This document shows positions 25,909-39,196 of a DNA stretch of 64,000 nucleotides, in pieces (within the stretch, counting starts at the first letter, position 1; each line of letters opens with the position of its first letter). The position numbers were made by a program, and so were the translations under genes. Below the pieces are notes generated by a model, which was not told the origin of the DNA, searched no databases, and saw nothing but the letters and a program-made list of their open reading frames with translations. The DNA is taken from assembly GCA_964106915.2 (NCBI GenBank), contig OZ066918.1; one strand, 5' to 3'. The stretch comes from Podarcis gaigeae. Lineage: Eukaryota.

Positions 25909-27011
25909 TAGTTGTATCTTTGCCATTACAGAAAATAATCAGTAAGTAACTATGGCATTCATTCAGCCACATTAACAATACATGTTCTATCTGGGTGAAG
26001 AATCCCATTTTCCCAATTTGAATATGACGAATATTCAATAGAGGAAGGATACCTGGATTCTGTGCAACAAATAACTGAAATAATTGTACTAGAAATAATC
26101 ACACATTTTTCTCTGTTTACCCATCTTCCTTTCCTGTTTTCCCTATTGTTTTCATCTTATTAAATTCATATATATTGTAGATATCTCTCTATAGCTATGA
26201 TAAAATACTGAAAGCACTAAATGATCAATAAAGCTTGGGGGGGGGGGGACCTGAGAGAACACATAGCGTCAATAGTTTGTAAACCTGAAAAGAAAGTAAA
26301 AGAATATCATGTCTCAACATGAATACCATTAGCTACTCAAGAAAACTCATTCCCAAATTGTCTTCTGAATAAGAGTAAGATATCTATCTGTTCAACACAG
26401 AGGTTATGTTTCCAAATCAAACACTGGATGAAGTAGTTCTGTCTAGTAGCGTTGCTGGTATTTGTTTTATCTCTTTACTGCCAGTAACATCCACTATAGT
26501 AGTGGTTCAATCAAAAGTCTACCTCCAACATCTAAGCATTGTCTTTTCAGAATACATTATAAACGTTTCAGATTTGTGAATCTAAGACTTTCCGCTACTG
26601 AACACTGGCCCCTTAAGATCACTCATGACATACTGCTATTTTTAAAAGTAAGCACATGTACCAGGAAAATGTTTACAGAATAATAATCACAGATATCTTA
26701 TTTCTAATGTTCTGAGAAAACAAGAAGGCTAAAAAAAATAAATTACTTACCATCTCCTTTTCTGTTGACTTTTGCAAAAATGGCACCATAGAGCACCGTG
26801 GGTTAAGGTCGACTTTGTACATATACAACATATTAAGTATTATTCTGAAAATCAGCAGTATATAAATACCTTTCAGAAAACTTTGACTAAGCTTTATTTT
26901 CAAAGTACTACTCAGTAGACACCAATAACTATTGGACTACCTTCATATAAGCAGCAGTGCAGAAAACAGTTGACAAATAGCAAGAGTGGGTAGAGTAAAA
27001 CATTCACTTAC

Positions 27012-27215
27012 ATTATTCATGTACTCTGAAAGAAGATCTTGGAGGGCTTGGCGAATAGCATTGCACTCCGTGATAATGCGCTCACGGTGAATATCACGTG
27101 TGCAAGAAGAATCTGCTAACAAAGCAGCACCACTGATAATTCCTTCTAAACGCTTTTCTAGCGATGGCCTTATTTTGTCTTCCTTCACAGTAAGAGGATC
27201 CAAGACAACCAGATT
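27012..27215 (-). CDS. CTNNA3: Alpha-T-catenin coding exon (orthologous to human exon 7), M1 region
   Basis: Minus strand reads ...CCCTATAG|AAT CTG GTT...ATG AAT AAT|GTAAGT. It is 204 nt, phase 0-0, and encodes NLVVLDPLTVKEDKIRPSLEKRLEGIISGAALLADSSCTRDIHRERIITECNAIRQALQDLLSEYMNN, the alpha-catenin RPSLE..LE.IISGAAL.ADSSCTR motif with alpha-T-type residues. Confidence 0.96.
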
Positions 27216-29889
27216 CTATAGGGAAAGATAAAAAGGGGGCAATAAGAAGAATACTCATGCTCACACTGGTCTTCTTGAACACATAGCTGGAATGCATATA
27301 TCATATCCCCAGTGTAACCATCCTACTGTTTGAATCTTGAGAATCTTCATCTCTGAAGGACAGCCAGAAATTCAAAGCAAAGTTGTACATTTATATGGTT
27401 CTCAAGCAAAGATCTTGTCCATTGGGTACATTACAATACATGCAACAGATGGCTGCAAAATGCCCATTGGCAGACAACCAGGGCAGACCAATTGAATTAT
27501 CTGTTTATGCGCTGGCCAGGGCCAGCCCACAGCAAGGTGAGGTGACTGCCTCAGGTGGCAGGATCCGCCGGGGCAGCAGATCCTGATGTCAATTTTTCTT
27601 CCTCCCCTGTTCCTGATGTAGCTCTTCCCTAACCCTTTCTTCTCTAGCAGGGAGGGGAGGTGCCATTTTGTTGTCCACCTCAGATGTCAGAATGTCTTGA
27701 GCGCTAGTTACCTTAGAAAACCTGGAGTGTCAGTGCATATAATATGCATATAATATGTGAGATTTGCTCAGATTTTTAGCAGAATGGGGTGGGGTGGGGG
27801 TGTAATAATCCACTTCTCATCAATAGCAAGATAGGTATTAGCTCAACACTGAGATTTATTTATTTTTAAGCCCATCCCTACTCACACCCTGTCTCTTCTC
27901 TCCCTTGAATGACCCTGTGTCATTCAAACCCCATGGCCCACAGAGCAGTTATTGCTGAATGAAGTATAATAAATGTGACAGCACAATCTGATTTCTCCTG
28001 CATATAAAGAATTAGATTACTATAGGCAGAGGTTTTCAACTTTTTTGAGTCCACAGCTCTGACCCCTCCATTTTCTTCCAATAAATGTTGCTCTTGCTGC
28101 AAGGGGAAATTCAGGAGTTCTCCTGCCACTATTCCATGCATTTAAGTGATCCTGAGCCCTCTCAATAAGGCAAGACATATGCAAATAAATGTTGGTGATC
28201 TACTGCTTGGGATTTGAGGGTTAAGTGTTTGAAGAAAAAAATTAATGAAATGGATTGTGCATTCTGTAAAGTGAGGTTTGTTTAACTAGAAAATTTTGAA
28301 TGAATACATCAAGATTCTCTCTGTGTGTATGAAATTCCTTTATCTGAAAATGGAATAATGTTGCTTTGTTTATCCAAAAGCATTATCAATTTCATAATAT
28401 CTAATTTAAGCAAATCACTTTCCTAACTCACGATAATGGCAACAGACATTAGAAATTCATCAAACTATTAATTTCTTTCTTTGTTTTTCTTTTTGCAGCA
28501 CCCTCTTCTCACAGCAGGGTGAGTCTGCCTGATTGCAAAGGGAAATCACACATGAGAGAGAACTCTTCTGGGAGTCTTTTTCTAACTACAATACGAATTC
28601 ATGAAAATTAGCAGTATTTATTTAATTAAGCAAGAAATATCTTTTTCTGTGACTTCTTTCAGAGAGGAAAATTAAGGAACTGCGGCAACGAAAGCTTAAT
28701 TTAGGGTTGTGTGGGGTATTTTGAGGAACTATGTACTATAATGAAAACAAACACATTTGTAGAAATGTCTGAATGAACAAACTAAATTTTAAAATGCTGG
28801 GCCAGCTCCTGCACCTGGTTGGCCTTGTGAGTGAGGCCCACCCCACCTGGAATGTCCAGTGTGGCCAGAGGTGGGTGGTACCAGCTGCCCATCCACTCCC
28901 CTGTCCACACAAGAATATGACGGCCTCCCAGGACCCACTGTAACTTTATGGAGACAGAGAAAGCTATATTTAAACTCTGACTTTTTTTTCATATAATCTA
29001 ACTTTCCATTTTGATGTGATCAAATGGGTCACCTTCCACACAGTTGTTCCTTAGTGGATTCTGACCAAACATCAGCATCAATGAACCCAAATCTATGAGA
29101 AGAGTGCATTCATCTTCTAAAGAGATGGCTGTCAGTGGGTTGAGAGGCAAAAGAATTAGAGTAACTTTAGAAGGTTTCGGCATTTCAAAAGTTTGAGAAA
29201 CATCAGCATGGGTCAAATCTTTCTCTTAAAAAAACCTAGACTTAAGAAACTGCTCTCAGCAAATATGTACCGAGAGGCTTGTGTTAAAGTTTTATTCAAA
29301 ATGACTGTCATCTGAAACAACCAGCAGCTAAAGTGGTATAGGAAGATAAAACTAAAAAGCTGAAATGAGCAGGCTTTTCTATATCCATCAAATATCTTAT
29401 TTCCATCAAATATCTTAAGCTAGCAAAATCTCAAGAATATTATAACCAAGACACTGCTACAAGGTACATCAAATCATTAAGCTCCATTAACAAATTATTA
29501 AATAATTACATTTGCCCACTCTAATGTACAGAGTTTGTGGATGAGATTTTGCAGGTTGTCCCAACTTTAGATTTCAGTATATATGTTGCTATTATTTTTC
29601 AAAGAATTGATCTACATCATATGCTTATGCCCTGCTTCCTTACTCTGGATTGTGAATGCAGATTGACATTCCAAAGAGAAAGCATTCCTATTAGAGATAC
29701 TGCCAAGGCCCGTCCTTCAACCATAATTGTTGATCTGTGATTTGCAGTCTGAGTCCTTTCACTTGCAATTCTAATGTTCCAATCGGAGGGATTGATAATT
29801 TTGGTAGAGCTAGGCAATCCATTAAAAACCATACTGACAAAGTGAAGGAGAACAGAGAAAATGGGTGGTATTCAACTATTTTTAAAAAA

Positions 29890-29960
29890 ACTAGGCCCAC
29901 TGAAATTAATGAACATGACTAAGTTAGGTCAATTAATTTCTGTGGGTCTACTGTGAGTAA
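29890..29960. repeat. Short palindromic interspersed repeat (other copies near 52540-52605 and 58435-58520)
   Basis: CCCACTGAAATTAATGA...TCAATTAATTTCTGTGGG forms an imperfect hairpin and recurs in the window. Confidence 0.6.
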
Positions 29961-32429
29961 AAGTAGACCACCCAATGTTTTTTTTAAAAAAATATTCAAA
30001 ATTCTCAACTTACTTAAAAATAATAATAATTATATGTAGTATGACCAAATGCTGCAGTGGTGATCATCTTAGGTACATAAATTCATTTTATATTAGTTCA
30101 CCTGGGCATCCATAATTTCAACACAAGAAAATGATGTTTGATTCATGATATGGTGTTTTAATTCTTACTACAACTTCTATCTCTATGTTTCCTTCATTAA
30201 AAAAAAAGAACTGAGGGTGGAGGAAGACTGAAGATAAAGAGCCATCTTATTATCCAATTGAGCTTACCAACAGAAATCTGATATGTGCTGGGCAACTTGC
30301 ATTGATGAGTTTAAAAGGAGCAGTAACGAAATCAATACAAATGAGTGAGCATTTGCAGTAGACAGATCTGATCAAACAGATTTTTTAATCTGTCCTGCCT
30401 GAGTGCTTCATGCGTTTTGCTCCTGTAGAATTAATGGTGTGGTAAGAAGATATTAGATTTAAATGGAATGCTTAGCTACAGACTTTTCCACCAAGTTTCC
30501 AGTTTTATACATCATCTGAAATACTCGTAACAGCGCCACTCTAACTTGGTTTCACTTTAGATTAGAGACATCGACAAAACTCTCTCTCCGAAAAGAAACT
30601 GGAGGGGGCCTCCTTAACATCCTCCTCAAAGAAAATATTAGCTTTTTTAAGCCCCTGAATTCTTCGCCATTTTTGACTGAAGTCTAAGCTGGAGAAGGAT
30701 TGCCACCTTGGACCCCAACAAGGTTTTTCTCCCTGTCCTATAGAAGCTAATGGAGTGGCTCTGCTCCATTAGCTTGCAAGGAGTGAGGACTCTACAGAGT
30801 CCACCTTAAGGGTCACTCCTGCACCCACAAGTCCCCCCCCAAAAAAAAAACCCCAATGCAATTTAATGAACTGTCTTAACTCCATTAGCTTGCTTTGGGG
30901 GTGGAAAAACCCCCAAAGGTAGGGGGAGAACCAGCCACTGAGGATAAGTAGGGGGTTTCTCCCTCACACCGCCTCCGCTTTTTGCCACTGCAGCATCTTT
31001 TCCCATACACCCACAGGAATTAATGGCACCATTTGTTCCTGTGGGGCTGGGAAGGCAACAAAACAGAGGCCAAATCCTGAGGTAGTGGGAGATGGCCACA
31101 CACTCCTTTAGTCCTACAAGTATATTTGTCCTGCCCCCATTAGAACCACCTCATCTGATTTCACAGACAAGGAAGCTGCTACAGGTGAATCAGGAACCAT
31201 ATGTCCAGGTCCTTTGTACAGGGGATCGAGAAAGAACTGTCTATCTGTCATTCCTTTCCCTCTGCTTCAGATGGCTATGATGCCATTTCTCAAGAGATGC
31301 TGGAGGTAACTGGGACACTGCTGGAGCTAGGAGGTGCCACAAGGTCTTCAAGTTATCAGGGTCTTCATCACAGAAGTAGTCTTCTTGGCTCAGGCCTATG
31401 AATTATCTCATCTTACCTCCTGGTCCACACATTGATATCTCCACATATGTCATTTGAATAGGGCTATGAACATACAAAACAGCTATGATTCCCAAGAACA
31501 TGCTCAACTTTTTAAAATTGTCGTAGGAAGAGCTATGGTATAGCCATGCTTCCCTAAGATGGCTGACTAAATCAACACATTGCAAGCGTTTCTAGACCTG
31601 TTGAAGTCGCCCTCTTACACAGCTAGCTGGAATGCAGTACAGTAACTGACCATCTAATGGGGGATTTAAGTTTCAGTTATTACACATTTAGTATTATACT
31701 TTTTATTACAGTCACAACTATATCGTATTGTTAGAATGTTTTGTAAGCCTAAAGCTTTGGGAAGTATTCAGACTCACTTCAGCTTTTGCCCAAGTATAAA
31801 TCCTAACTTCCCATACTGTATATGAATGATATTAAGAAAGCTTCCAGACAGTACTTGTTGAGTAAGCTCTTTCAAATATTTCCAGACTATAAACATTTAA
31901 TGAGATTGGCTCCCAACAGACTGTTTACTACATCCATTTATTTCATTGTACTTTATTTATAATGCAGAAGATAGAGCAAAGGTTGTTTCAGGTTCTTATC
32001 CAATGCCATTTCCCCATAAATAAAGAAAAATGAAACAATTTAATTCTCAAACATTCGTAAAAGGTTAGATACTCAATAAATTTTGCTTTAACTCACTCAG
32101 CCTAAGGTACCATTTGCACTACTTGTGTTAAAGAAATATAGAAAAAGTCTATGAACAAGAAGACATTTAACAATATAATCTAAGCCCATTATCCATAAAT
32201 GTATATATGGGTGCTCTGCGTATACACAGAGGCAGCCCCCCAACTCCTTGAACACCTCCCCCTCAAACAAAGCACACCATTAAGGATAGTGACCTGTTGC
32301 TAGAAGTAGGTTCCCTCCCTCCACAATATGTGAGAAGCATATTTTAATATATTTAGTATATTTTAACTTGCATTGTGCAAAAATGATCATGTATCGCCCC
32401 ATAAATACATATTTCAAAATGCAGCAGCC

Positions 32430-33020
32430 TATTAATTGGCTGGAGCTGGTTGTTGGGAGACTATAATACCCATGCAGAAAGAACTATATTGGCTCCAATT
32501 TGTTCTGACGCACAATTCAAAATATTAGTTTTGATCTTTAAAGCCCTAAATGATCTTGATCTAGAATGGCCCAAGAATTGCCTCCTCCTATTTGAACATG
32601 CCTCCATGCTCTAAAATGGGTCACCAAAAAGGTCCCTCCTCCAAATGCCATCTCTTTCTGAGCTCATACTGATGTGGGCAAGAGGAAAGTCTTTCAAACA
32701 GTGACACCTTCTTTGTAGACCCCTTTGCCCAAGAAAGCCCAGTAGTGTAGCTTCATTTTCACATTTAGGGGAAAATATATATGAAAACTTTTATTATTCA
32801 GAGCATTTTTGGAGAAATTGTTGTGAAATAGTAAGAAGGTGTGAGATGAACTTGCTACTGTGAATTTTTGAGATATCTATCTGTTGCCATTATGTCACCT
32901 TTTGTTGCTTTTAGTTTTAAAGATTGGGATTTAACTGGGTAGTTCATTGTCTTGATGTTTAATTGTCAATTTATTGCTGTTTTCATGGAGCCCTGTAGAG
33001 ACATTTGTCATTTGTAAAAT
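32430..33020 (+). mobile_element. Old L2 3' fragment
   Basis: CTATATTGGCTCCAATTTG...CACAATTCAAAATATTAGTTTTGATCTTTAAAGCCCTAAAT is a decayed L(H)WLP....FK.LVL.FKALN. Confidence 0.65.
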
Positions 33021-33364
33021 TAGTCAATGGGCTCTATCAATGCTATAGTACTGGGGTACCTATTGTGATACCCACCAGATGTTGTGGACTACAAGTCCCA
33101 TCACTCCTTGAGGCGGATGGTCCACATTGGCTATCCCCTGCTTTAGTAGATACCATGTTTACATCTGATACCTAGGTTGCAGGTCACAATCACTCACCAA
33201 AACAAATCAGCCAGGCTGGAAGCGTGTCTGAGAACTGCTATGAAACTGTTCACACATAGGTCAGTAAGATTTGGTTTTCTGGTATGCTACTTTCCACAAG
33301 CACATCATTTAAAATAAATTAGGCCATTTTACAGAGTGTGCTACAGTGCTACACATTCACCTAC

Positions 33365-33628
33365 CTCAAATTCATCAAGGGCACTTCCAAGAGTAGCAGA
33401 CTGTGATGTCGACTGAACCTTTTGATTTCCAATTCCTTGAGAAGCATTGGAAATGACATCAAGAGCATTCTGTATTTCATTACAAACAGAGTCCTTGCTG
33501 GCTGCAAGAGATGAAATGTCTGAATGTTCCAAACAAGCAGAGCAAATTGAATGGAGAAGAGATGAATTTTCCTTCAGAGAAGCACGTGCTGCTGCAATGT
33601 CATCACGTTGATTGTTGGATTTTAAATC
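33365..33628 (-). CDS. CTNNA3: Alpha-T-catenin coding exon (orthologous to human exon 6), end of N domain plus N-M linker
   Basis: Minus strand reads TTTTCCTGACAG|GAT TTA AAA...TTT GAG|GTAGGT. It is 264 nt, phase 0-0, and encodes DLKSNNQRDDIAAARASLKENSSLLHSICSACLEHSDISSLAASKDSVCNEIQNALDVISNASQGIGNQKVQSTSQSATLGSALDEFE. The LLHSICSACLEHSD motif is diagnostic of alpha-T rather than alpha-E/alpha-N. It splices in frame to 27215. Confidence 0.96.
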
Positions 33629-33730
33629 CTGTCAGGAAAATCATACATATGGGGATTATTACTATTATTATTTCAACTTAAATACTGGCAAGCAGTGTAG
33701 CAACACATTATTTCAATTTGTTCTGTATCC

Positions 33731-33782
<52 letters not shown>

Positions 33783-33786
33783 GAAA
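33731..33786. repeat. (GAAA)n microsatellite, i.e. (TTTC)n in the CTNNA3 pre-mRNA
   Basis: Direct read. Lies about 100 nt upstream of the exon 6 acceptor. Confidence 0.95.
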
Positions 33787-35989
33787 AATTCAATAAAGAT
33801 TTATTAACTGTGTATTCTCCGGCAGCATGTTTTGCTGCTCATTTATAACATGCCTAGGATGAAATGGAAAGAAATGAATTCTAGCTCAGGAGGAAAGAAA
33901 TATTTTTGTGTTTGTTTGTTTTTCAGAGTGCCTGGAATAGTTCAGTCCACAGTAATTGTTCACTGCCCTTAAGAACACATGAACTGCCTTTCTGGATCAC
34001 GTAGCCTGAATATCTTCTCCAGCTAGCTGCCCACCAGGATTTCCCAAGTAGGGCATGGCAGAGCGGAAAATAGCCACCTCCTATTGCTTGCATGCAGTAT
34101 CTGACAATCAGAGTTCACCTCCACAGCAGCCCTCTCTAACCCCTATGCTGTAGGAGCCAAAAGCTGCAGAAGACAACAGCCCTTTAAAAGCACAGGCAGA
34201 TCTGACGAAGGTCTCAGGCTTGTCCACCTTGCTGAAGCGACAGCCTTCCTTGTGAGAGAACATGCTATCACAATGCTCTGTCAAAGATGCTGCTTCTGAC
34301 CTGTTGAAGCCAGACCCTACAGGATCTGCCTTGATCTGACCTTACTAGACATGACTTTGTCTTACTTGACCTAATTTCACTGCATATGACTCTACCTTAC
34401 TTTCCCTTACACTCTACTTCCAGTAGGTGCCACTGTTCTGTTCCACTTCCCTTGTGAGCCTGGAGACAGCCCAAACAGGACAATAATTTATTTTAAATGG
34501 TCTTAAGAAATGGAAATGTTTTAACTGTGGTTGAATTAGTGTTGCACACAGGCCCCATATCCTGATCCAACCACATCATTAAAGAATATACTGTATCAGC
34601 CCAGCAACAGACAGGAGACTCTTTTTCAATAGCAACTCAAAATACTAAATGTTTAGTAGAAGGAGGAACAATGAATTTGTTTGTCCATGATGATATAATT
34701 TTACAGTTTCCAGTAGTATGCATTTGGATACCACATTGAATGTAACACCATAAAGTGTTTGTTGTTGTTTTTTAAATGCAATAAACAGAATCAGTAGGAA
34801 TATAATCAGAAGCTACAGGTCATGGCTTCAAGTTTCTCATTTCAAAGAACAATCATAAGCACAACAGAAGTATTTTCATGAAAGTTCTGCATGTTTCAGG
34901 TAATGCATATGGGTTAATGAGTATGCAAACAATGCAACACAATCCAATGCTATATTCTGCCCAGTCAAGGAAATATATTAATTTTTCACTGGAAGTACTT
35001 GTCACTATGTAAAGAACAGAATTATTTATAGCACTTTTTGAGTGTTCAAAGTTCTTCACAAACCTATTAATCCAGACTACTGTGCTGACCAGATTGCTAG
35101 CACGAGCTGCTCATCTTAAACACAATGGAGAATCATCATACCCATTCTCTAGGATTCCTAGCTATTCATGAACCTGATCCTGATTGACCTCAGTACCCTA
35201 AGTAGATCAGTTTGTTGACCTCATCTTACAAATAGTGAGGTTCATTTAATCCAACCTAATAGGTTCACGGCTGAGGTGAGATTTGAACCTGAAGCACGGG
35301 CAGAAATAGTTCAAGATACTATAGTACCAAGAGTACAAGATGTACAATAATCAAAACTAGAAAAAATAGAGTGAGCAAGGAAACTGAGAAAAGAAAGAAC
35401 CGACATTTTTAAGGAGCAAAACGTTGGCTACCGCTATAGAAGACATTCTAAACAGAGAACAATAAAATATAATTTTAAGAAGATTCCTGGAGAAAAATGC
35501 ACCCAAGGTTAGCACTTGTAGCTGCACAAAACATCCTGGGATTTGTAATTATGAACTAGAGCATGCTGGCATCTCGTCTTAGATAAAAAGCTCAAAAAAG
35601 CAGCATGTTTATTTTTCTAGTAACACAAAGAAAATAAATTCCCTGAGCTTATTTCTACTTTGCAACTCAATTCCTATTCAGCCACATTTTACAAAAATAG
35701 CAAAAGGGCAGGAAAAGTGGGGGTTGTCTTTTATTTTTTTAAAAAAATATTATTATTGTTTAGATTTTTGTGTACCATTTCTATCCTCTGCCATAAAATC
35801 CCTAATAAATGCAGTTTAATTACTGTCTAACAACGGTATGAAGGTTAATTATACTTGCACATGCCTCAAGATCCATTAATATTTTTCATTGCAGCTTTTT
35901 CCTATTTCCCCACACACAAATGTATAATTTTCATGTAATTCACATTTTGAGAATTTGTTGCAGGGAGTATGAATAAAAACAGTCCTGGA

Positions 35990-36140
35990 AGGGCTGTAGC
36001 TCAATGGTAAAGCATTTGTTTTGCATGCAAATCGCCCCAGACTCCTTGCCTTGCATCTCCAGGTAGGTCTGGGAAAGAGCCTATTTGATGCACTTGAAAG
36101 ACACTGCTGTTGTAAACAATGGGTAGCTAGATAGATCAGT
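35990..36140 (+). mobile_element. Old tRNA-derived SINE
   Basis: Head GGGCTGTAGCTCAATGGTAAAGCATTTGTTTTGCATGC. A sister copy lies on the minus strand at 62210-62388. Confidence 0.7.
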
Positions 36141-36510
36141 ATCTGTCTGCTAAAGGGGGGGGGTAGGCTAGAGCTCTCCATTAATGGCTGTATGAACAGA
36201 AACAATCCTTTAAAATGGAAATATTGTTTCGTATCTTCCACCTGTGTAAAGTCTGCAAGTCCAGTGAATTCAGATTAAATATAAAAATCAGGTGGAATGA
36301 AAACTAGTTTATAGGAATGACACTTTGTGATGGTGCTCATTTGGGGCCAGATCAGATTAGAATCAATATGGCAGGTCTTGGAAGAGGATACCAGATGTGG
36401 CAGTACTGGAAAGCAATACTTTTCCAGCATGCTATCTACAAACAGCTTGAAGTACAATCAAGAAACATATAGCCTATTCTAACTGCGAAAGGAAGGAAGA
36501 TATAAGATTA

Positions 36511-36741
36511 CAGTGGTACCTCTGGTTACGTACTTAATTCGTTCCGGAGGTCTGTTCTTAACCTGAAACCATTAACCTGAGGTACCACTTTAGCTAATGG
36601 GGCCTCCCACTGCCGCCACCACGTGATTTCTGTTCTCATCCTGAGGTAAAGTTCTTAACCCAAGGTACTACTTCTGGGTTAGCGGAGTCTGTAACCCAAA
36701 GTGTTTGTAACCCGAGGTGTTTGTAACCCGAGGTACCACTG
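36511..36741 (+). mobile_element. Tc1/mariner-superfamily MITE
   Basis: TA|CAGTGGTACCTCTGGTTAC...GTAACCCGAGGTACCACTG|TA. Same family as 62854-63090. Confidence 0.9.
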
Positions 36742-37236
36742 TATATAGAAACTATATTCTGGTGATCAGATTTCAAGTTACATGAAGCATAGCCCAAAAT
36801 CAGTTACCAGGAAAAGCATTTGTGACAACTTTACCAAGTTGTAAATGTGAGTTCTTATTAAATTACAGTCATGATCCACCTCTCAAGTTATCAGCAATCA
36901 TGCTAAGAATTATATTAAAGGAGATGGCTTTGCTGGCTGGATTGTAGATATTTACTAGAACCCTTTAAAAAAAAGAAACCAATATCTTACTTGTTCCTTG
37001 GTAAAAGAGATAAATTAATGCGTCTTTTTAAATATGCATCTAGCTAGGGATAGTTTTCAGCCGGTGTGGCATATAATTGCCATTCTGCATCATATTACTA
37101 CTCCACAGATATATTTTTCACCAGGAAGTATCACATGTGCTTAAGTTATTGTGTGTTTCCAAATGCATCATCAAAGGGGTGATGAGATAGTGGATAGTGG
37201 AAAATGGATTTTATATCTATCCAAGAACCTGAATAT

Positions 37237-37565
37237 TGTTGCACGCCACCACAGTCTTCAAGCAAGATTCCAGGGGTTCCAGGCGCTTACCCATAGTTTG
37301 TGTTTAGTTTTGGAAATGAGGCACAGCAGAAACTGTGGTGTCTTTATAATATATGGTTTATTTACACATATATACAACCTGAGCCTACAATGGAGGGGTT
37401 CACAAACTCCTAATACTACCCCCCTCCCCCCCAAAAACAGACACCTATCCCCAGATGTACAACAAACATCTTTCCTGGAGAAAAATCACAGAGAGGTTAG
37501 CAAAGGCGTTAGGATACACATTTTCAAAAACAGATAATAAAACCCAGTTACTCCACATAACAGCA
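37237..37565 (-). mobile_element. LTR-like element
   Basis: Starts TGTTG, has AATAAA on the minus strand, and is homologous to 6405-6570. No TSD resolved. Confidence 0.45.
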
Positions 37566-39196
37566 TTAATTTTTTAAAACTTTAGGATGATTTTGAGCTT
37601 CACTACTACAACATTTCATTCTCATTTTGTTCTACATGAGTTCTCAGCACCATTTAGAAATTCAGCTGGCCACTGAGGTTCCATGCTTCAGTTGGTGAAG
37701 TATTACACTTCTGAATTTTTCAATTTCTTATGTACACACCAGTTGCCACCCACAGGCATGTACATCATATCCACTTGTACTGGAATCATAGAAAAGAATG
37801 TATTATCTGTTGTAACTTCAGCTTTTTTCATATGCATTGTGCACCAATTTCATTCGGTGTATGTTTTGACTTGTTCTCAGATACTTTTAGTTTAACATTT
37901 TTAAGAAATCCAATTAGTAGCCTCTTATGGGATTAGTGTCATTTGGATTTGTCCTTCACCAATACCTTCACCAGTTTGTGGATCCATTCTGCAATAAATC
38001 AGCTCAGACTCTTCAGGTATATAATCTTTCCTGGTCTTGGATGCAGTTTGATTCCAGTGAGCTGTTCTTAATACTTGGTCTAGATTCATGTGAAAGTGTC
38101 AGGGTTGTAGAGACACACAACACATACAGAATAGATTTCACCCCACCCCGATTATTTATTTATTTAGAATACTTAAACTCCACTATATAGTTACAAGAGG
38201 CTCTCAAATATTCTTACAAAATAGTCTCTCAGTGAAATGAAATCAAACTCAAACTAATACAAGGAGAACAGATGGCATTATGTCCATATGATGCCAGGCT
38301 GAATCTAGCATCTATTTCCTTGTCTTCCCTGATATTGTCCTTACACTATCACCTACTAGGCAGCAATTCCTATTGAGGTAATCTGAGACAAGGGAGTTGG
38401 GCCGTGCTCCTAGAACTCACTAAGCCCATTGTGGAAACAGTCTTCCATATTATATTTGCAGCAGGGGTGAGCAACCTTTTCCTATCAGTCCTCTGGGAAA
38501 TCTGTTAGTGGGTGCATGCAAGCAGTGGGTGAGCCAGAACCAATGATGGGCAGAGTCAGGGACAAAAGCACTCCAATTGCTCTGGAATAAATGTTGCCTT
38601 GCTTCAATTTTCACATATGTACCTCAGATTAGAAATCCAAATCATATGTGTGTCTGTTTAGAACTAAGCCCTACTGAGTTTTGTGGGGTTGCTCTCAAGT
38701 AAGTATACAGAGCATTGTTTAGTTCAGCAGACAATGTACCCACTATTCTGGAAAGCAAGTGAAAGTATTTCCTTTTCTAACTTTAGCATGCTATATACAT
38801 GTTCATACATAAATGACTCCCCCGCCCCAAGTCATACAACTAGGAGAAAGGGGGAAATAAAATAAAATGCTGGCCCTTCCAGTTGTTCTGAAACCACATA
38901 GAAAGGAGAGGGGGCTTTTAAAAGCCAGGAAATAAAATAGAAAGGAACATAAAGGAAGGAAATCTGATGGGATGGAAGAATGGGGTACTTTCAGATTGTG
39001 TCAGACACAGAAAATGAGTCAGGAGCCACAGGCTGTCCACTTGTTTATTAGCAATTGCCCATTTCAGGAACAGCTGTTTCTATTCTCCATTCTTCTTATC
39101 AAGTTTTATCTGCACTATATCTTCCTAAAAGCATAATCCTGTGTACTTCTCTATAAAATAAAGCAGCAAAATGGGCACCATTGTTGCTACAAAACG

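Larger units (their letters stand above)
1..27011 (-). other. CTNNA3: CTNNA3 intron 7 (partial)
   Basis: Begins at the GTAAGT donor at 27011. No further catenin exon was recognised toward the left edge. Confidence 0.85.

Noticed and set aside
26943-27203. 86-aa ORF as a standalone gene
   Set aside because: It is CTNNA3 exon 7 plus intronic read-through; the splice sites define 27012-27215.
30295-30365. TTGATGAG...CGAAA resembling an intronic hammerhead ribozyme
   Set aside because: The core C is missing, stem II has only 3 bp, and no stem III or cleavage-site pairing can be drawn.
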